In this document: piece by piece, positions 61,701 to 64,000 of the stretch | Layout: each line of letters starts with the position of its first letter | Numbering within the stretch: position 1 is the first letter of the stretch | Assembly: GCA_030619865.1 (NCBI GenBank) | Contig: JAUXAP010000003.1 | Location: 135-64,134 of the forward strand | DNA: 64,000 nt | DNA from: Dehalococcoidia bacterium | GTDB taxonomy: Bacteria > Chloroflexota > Dehalococcoidia > Dehalococcoidales > JAUXAP01 | Direction: 5' to 3' | The notes under the pieces: model-generated | Seen by the model: the letters and a program-made list of their open reading frames with translations, nothing else | The model's database searches: none | Told to the model about the DNA's origin: nothing | Translations under genes and position numbers: made by a program

Positions 61701-64000
61701 TTATTTGGCATAGAAACTTGCTATCCAGTCAGGTCTTTCAGGGACATTCCCACTCTCCAGCATCTCCTGCCACTTCTCATCGGTAAGCCTGTCATCCATA
61801 GGGTGCTTGAATTCATAGTAACTAAAGACGGGCCCACTCCCAATGAGGATTCTGCCATCGGGGAGCTTGTACGCTACCAAGATAAGGTCAACATAACCAA
61901 TTCCCTCTTCTAAAACCTGCCTCGGTGGGTTGGTATCAGTATGGACATCGGCAACTATGGTTGTTTCTTTCCCCTCTGCCTCGACACCAGCGACTATAGA
62001 CTCAAGTTCTTCACCAAAGTTCCTGATGAACCTGTAATCGGCTTCGTCCAATTCCTTGTTCGCTAGTTCATCTTTAGAGATATCAATCAGCCTGCCGAGA
62101 ATGTCCTCCAGATTCTCCAGTCGGGCTTTTTCCTCATCGCTCAGGGCATTAAGTTGAGCCAGACCCTCCTTAGTCATACTGGTCAACGCCAGCATGCGGG
62201 CATAAAACTGAGGGACCGGTTCTACATAGCCGACTACCGGCTTGGGCGGTGGTGGTGCCATCGCAATAGTAGGGGTATAGCTCTGCTTGGCATACAGGAT
62301 GGTATCATGCCGCAGTTCAGCCCAGGATGCCAGAGTTGTTTGCAACTCCTTATCCTGCCAGGCTTGAGTCTGCATAAAGGTGGGATAGCCTTCACCGAAC
62401 TCCTCAAGCAACGGCTGCAACGCATACAGCCAGGCCCAGTAGAGATTACGGTTCCAATCGGCGACATCAAATGCACCAAATTGGCTCTTTAGCTCGTCTA
62501 GTTGCTTATCATAGCTAGTATCTTTACCTGCGTATTCAGTGTCTCCTTCTTCTTTTAGTATTTCATAAGCCCGCTTCGAGCCGAAAACCGCCATTACGTC
62601 TAAGCCTCTAGGAAAGGCTCTGGCTGGCCCAGCCATAGTCATCTTCATGGTAAAAGGCTCGTTATCGCCAACATACATGCCCACTGCCGGGGAGACCAAG
62701 TTCTGGAACATGTAGGAATCGGGAATAAATCTTTGTCCCATGAACCGCATCCCCTTTGTCTTAGCCAGGCACTCGTAAAGCTTTTCCTTGGTTATTGGAG
62801 GATATACCACGCAAATGCCCGACCCACCATAAATTTCTGGGTTTCTCATTTGGGCTAGCTCAGCCTTAAGGGCAAGTAGCTTCTCATCATCAGTCAATAC
62901 ACTAGCCTCAAACTCGGTGCCAAAAACCTTCTCTAGGGCACTAAGGTATTCATAAGGAGTCAGGTCATCAGCGGTGCCCACGAAGAATGAGGTGACTGAA
63001 TAGATACGATCCCATATCTCCCGGACAGTGCCATCGCCCGCCTGAACATTGGGTAGCTCAGCTGAGATTAAGGAGGCCTGGATAGTAGCCAGCGTAGCAT
63101 CCTTTTCAGCAATTAACGGTCCTTCAAAGGCAACACAGTCACTTCCCTCTCCACCCTTCAACAGGAAAGCCATCCTGCCATACCACATCATCGCCTTGAA
63201 GTATCTCTTTAAAGTTTCGCTCCGGGTATAGTGCCCCCGGGGGATATACTGTGTGTAATCTTCGCAGTAGAGGCAAGGATAGTCACAGGCACCATCTGTA
63301 TTTGAATTGAAGATAGCGCTTGGTTTAAAGTCTTCGTGCTCTTCAATGTTCTTGATTTCTTCGGTCACTTCGCTCTTCACGTAGCTGGGTATTTTGAAAC
63401 TTACCTTTCTTATCGGCTTGAATTCTTTTTTGTCATAGGGCTGTTCCCGGTTCCATTGCTCAATCTCTGCCTTCAGCTTTGCCTCGTCGTAGCCTTCGGT
63501 TGGCGTCTGGAGAAGCTTAAGCCCAACGGCAAAGTAAGCCACATTTCTCCTCGCTGCTTCCTTGAGGTCTGCATCGGTAAACGCTTTATAGTCCTGGATA
63601 GACCTTTCCAGCATAGCCTGGCTCATATCGATGAGCTGGTCGAAAAATTCCTCTTCTTCAATCCGTTTCAGTATCTCATTGAACTGAATATGGTAGAGGT
63701 GAAGAAGGGTATCAGAGGTTACGAAGATGGGCACTTCCCTTTCCTTCATAGTCTTATAGGGTTCTATAATATCATCACCGTGCCAGGGAATAACCACAAA
63801 CCCGTTTTTCTGAAGGAGCCCTTTCTGATTTTCTTTGAGTTGAAATTTCGAATCTATATCCTGCTGGTTTTCAATATTTTTCAATGCCAGCGGCAAAGAA
63901 TAAGAGGGTGAAGCCAAAGTGACCGAGAACCCCTCCATCTCGTAGCAGGAGGCTAGTGCCAGCTTGGGATTGGATATATCACCGACGGCCACCGATGGTA
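61701..64000 (-). CDS. DUF3160-like large secreted protein, N-terminus beyond window
   Basis: Frame is open to the window edge. More than 763 aa. The family call rests on my recollection of N-terminal region similarity (VPIFVTSDTLLHLYHIQFNEILK). Confidence 0.6.
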   Translation of the reverse strand, partial: PSVAVGDISNPKLALASCYEMEGFSVTLASPSYSLPLALKNIENQQDIDSKFQLKENQKGLLQKNGFVVIPWHGDDIIEPYKTMKEREVPIFVTSDTLLHLYHIQFNEILKRIEEEEFFDQLIDMSQAMLERSIQDYKAFTDADLKEAARRNVAYFAVGLKLLQTPTEGYDEAKLKAEIEQWNREQPYDKKEFKPIRKVSFKIPSYVKSEVTEEIKNIEEHEDFKPSAIFNSNTDGACDYPCLYCEDYTQYIPRGHYTRSETLKRYFKAMMWYGRMAFLLKGGEGSDCVAFEGPLIAEKDATLATIQASLISAELPNVQAGDGTVREIWDRIYSVTSFFVGTADDLTPYEYLSALEKVFGTEFEASVLTDDEKLLALKAELAQMRNPEIYGGSGICVVYPPITKEKLYECLAKTKGMRFMGQRFIPDSYMFQNLVSPAVGMYVGDNEPFTMKMTMAGPARAFPRGLDVMAVFGSKRAYEILKEEGDTEYAGKDTSYDKQLDELKSQFGAFDVADWNRNLYWAWLYALQPLLEEFGEGYPTFMQTQAWQDKELQTTLASWAELRHDTILYAKQSYTPTIAMAPPPPKPVVGYVEPVPQFYARMLALTSMTKEGLAQLNALSDEEKARLENLEDILGRLIDISKDELANKELDEADYRFIRNFGEELESIVAGVEAEGKETTIVADVHTDTNPPRQVLEEGIGYVDLILVAYKLPDGRILIGSGPVFSYYEFKHPMDDRLTDEKWQEMLESGNVPERPDWIASFYAK

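Noticed and set aside
61623-61913. 96-aa plus-strand ORF overlapping the pyk stop and the 3' end of the DUF3160-like gene
   Set aside because: It is antisense to a long, well-supported ORF, and has no SD and no motif.

Overview
Everything here was read by eye from the sequence and the ORF track. No searches, folding programs or statistics were run, so family names are motif-level recognitions and coordinates of RNA and repeat elements are hand-counted.

The window looks like a bacterial chromosome segment, about 85% coding. Gene content suggests a Chloroflexota/Dehalococcoidia-like anaerobe, but that is an inference only.

**Core blocks**
- Glycosyltransferase plus NDP-sugar pyrophosphorylase (8.1-10.3 kb).
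- Corrinoid protein plus a non-pyrrolysine MttB-family methyltransferase (10.4-12.5 kb).
- A group-3 [NiFe] hydrogenase cluster with MvhD, a GltD-like/ferredoxin/MvhD fusion, a MetV-like protein and a complete hypFCDEAB set (12.8-25 kb).
- gatCA, an Lrp/aminotransferase pair, purM-purH, tilS, tsaD, hom, a four-tRNA cluster, an ABC-2 exporter, a fumarate-lyase-family enzyme, a cold-shock protein and pyruvate kinase.

**Accessory or unusual material**
1. A roughly 5.9 kb island abuts the 3' end of ssrA (tmRNA). It carries two serine recombinases and a translationally coupled Mom-like GNAT / ParB-like / Zn-ribbon operon. The first 26 codons of the Mom-like ORF are a tRNA-like cloverleaf.
2. Just downstream are stacked tRNA 3' fragments and a truncated tyrosine integrase.
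3. An XRE-HTH / macro-domain / DUF2851 trio has each gene preceded by a TACACG-N4-CGTGTA palindrome.
4. An orphan terminase small/large pair sits between housekeeping genes.
5. comB is flanked by a duplicated tRNA-Phe promoter plus 5' portion.
6. A tRNA-Asn has an 8-nt anticodon loop. It bounds a 2.9 kb islet encoding a HEPN protein, a 38-aa glycine-rich peptide and an MFS transporter.
7. A five-copy, orientation-fixed ~28-nt motif (CACAAGCCCCACGCCGCGAAACGGGGCT) lies upstream of minus-strand promoters.

Several genes appear leaderless, and two appear to use ATT or ATA start codons.
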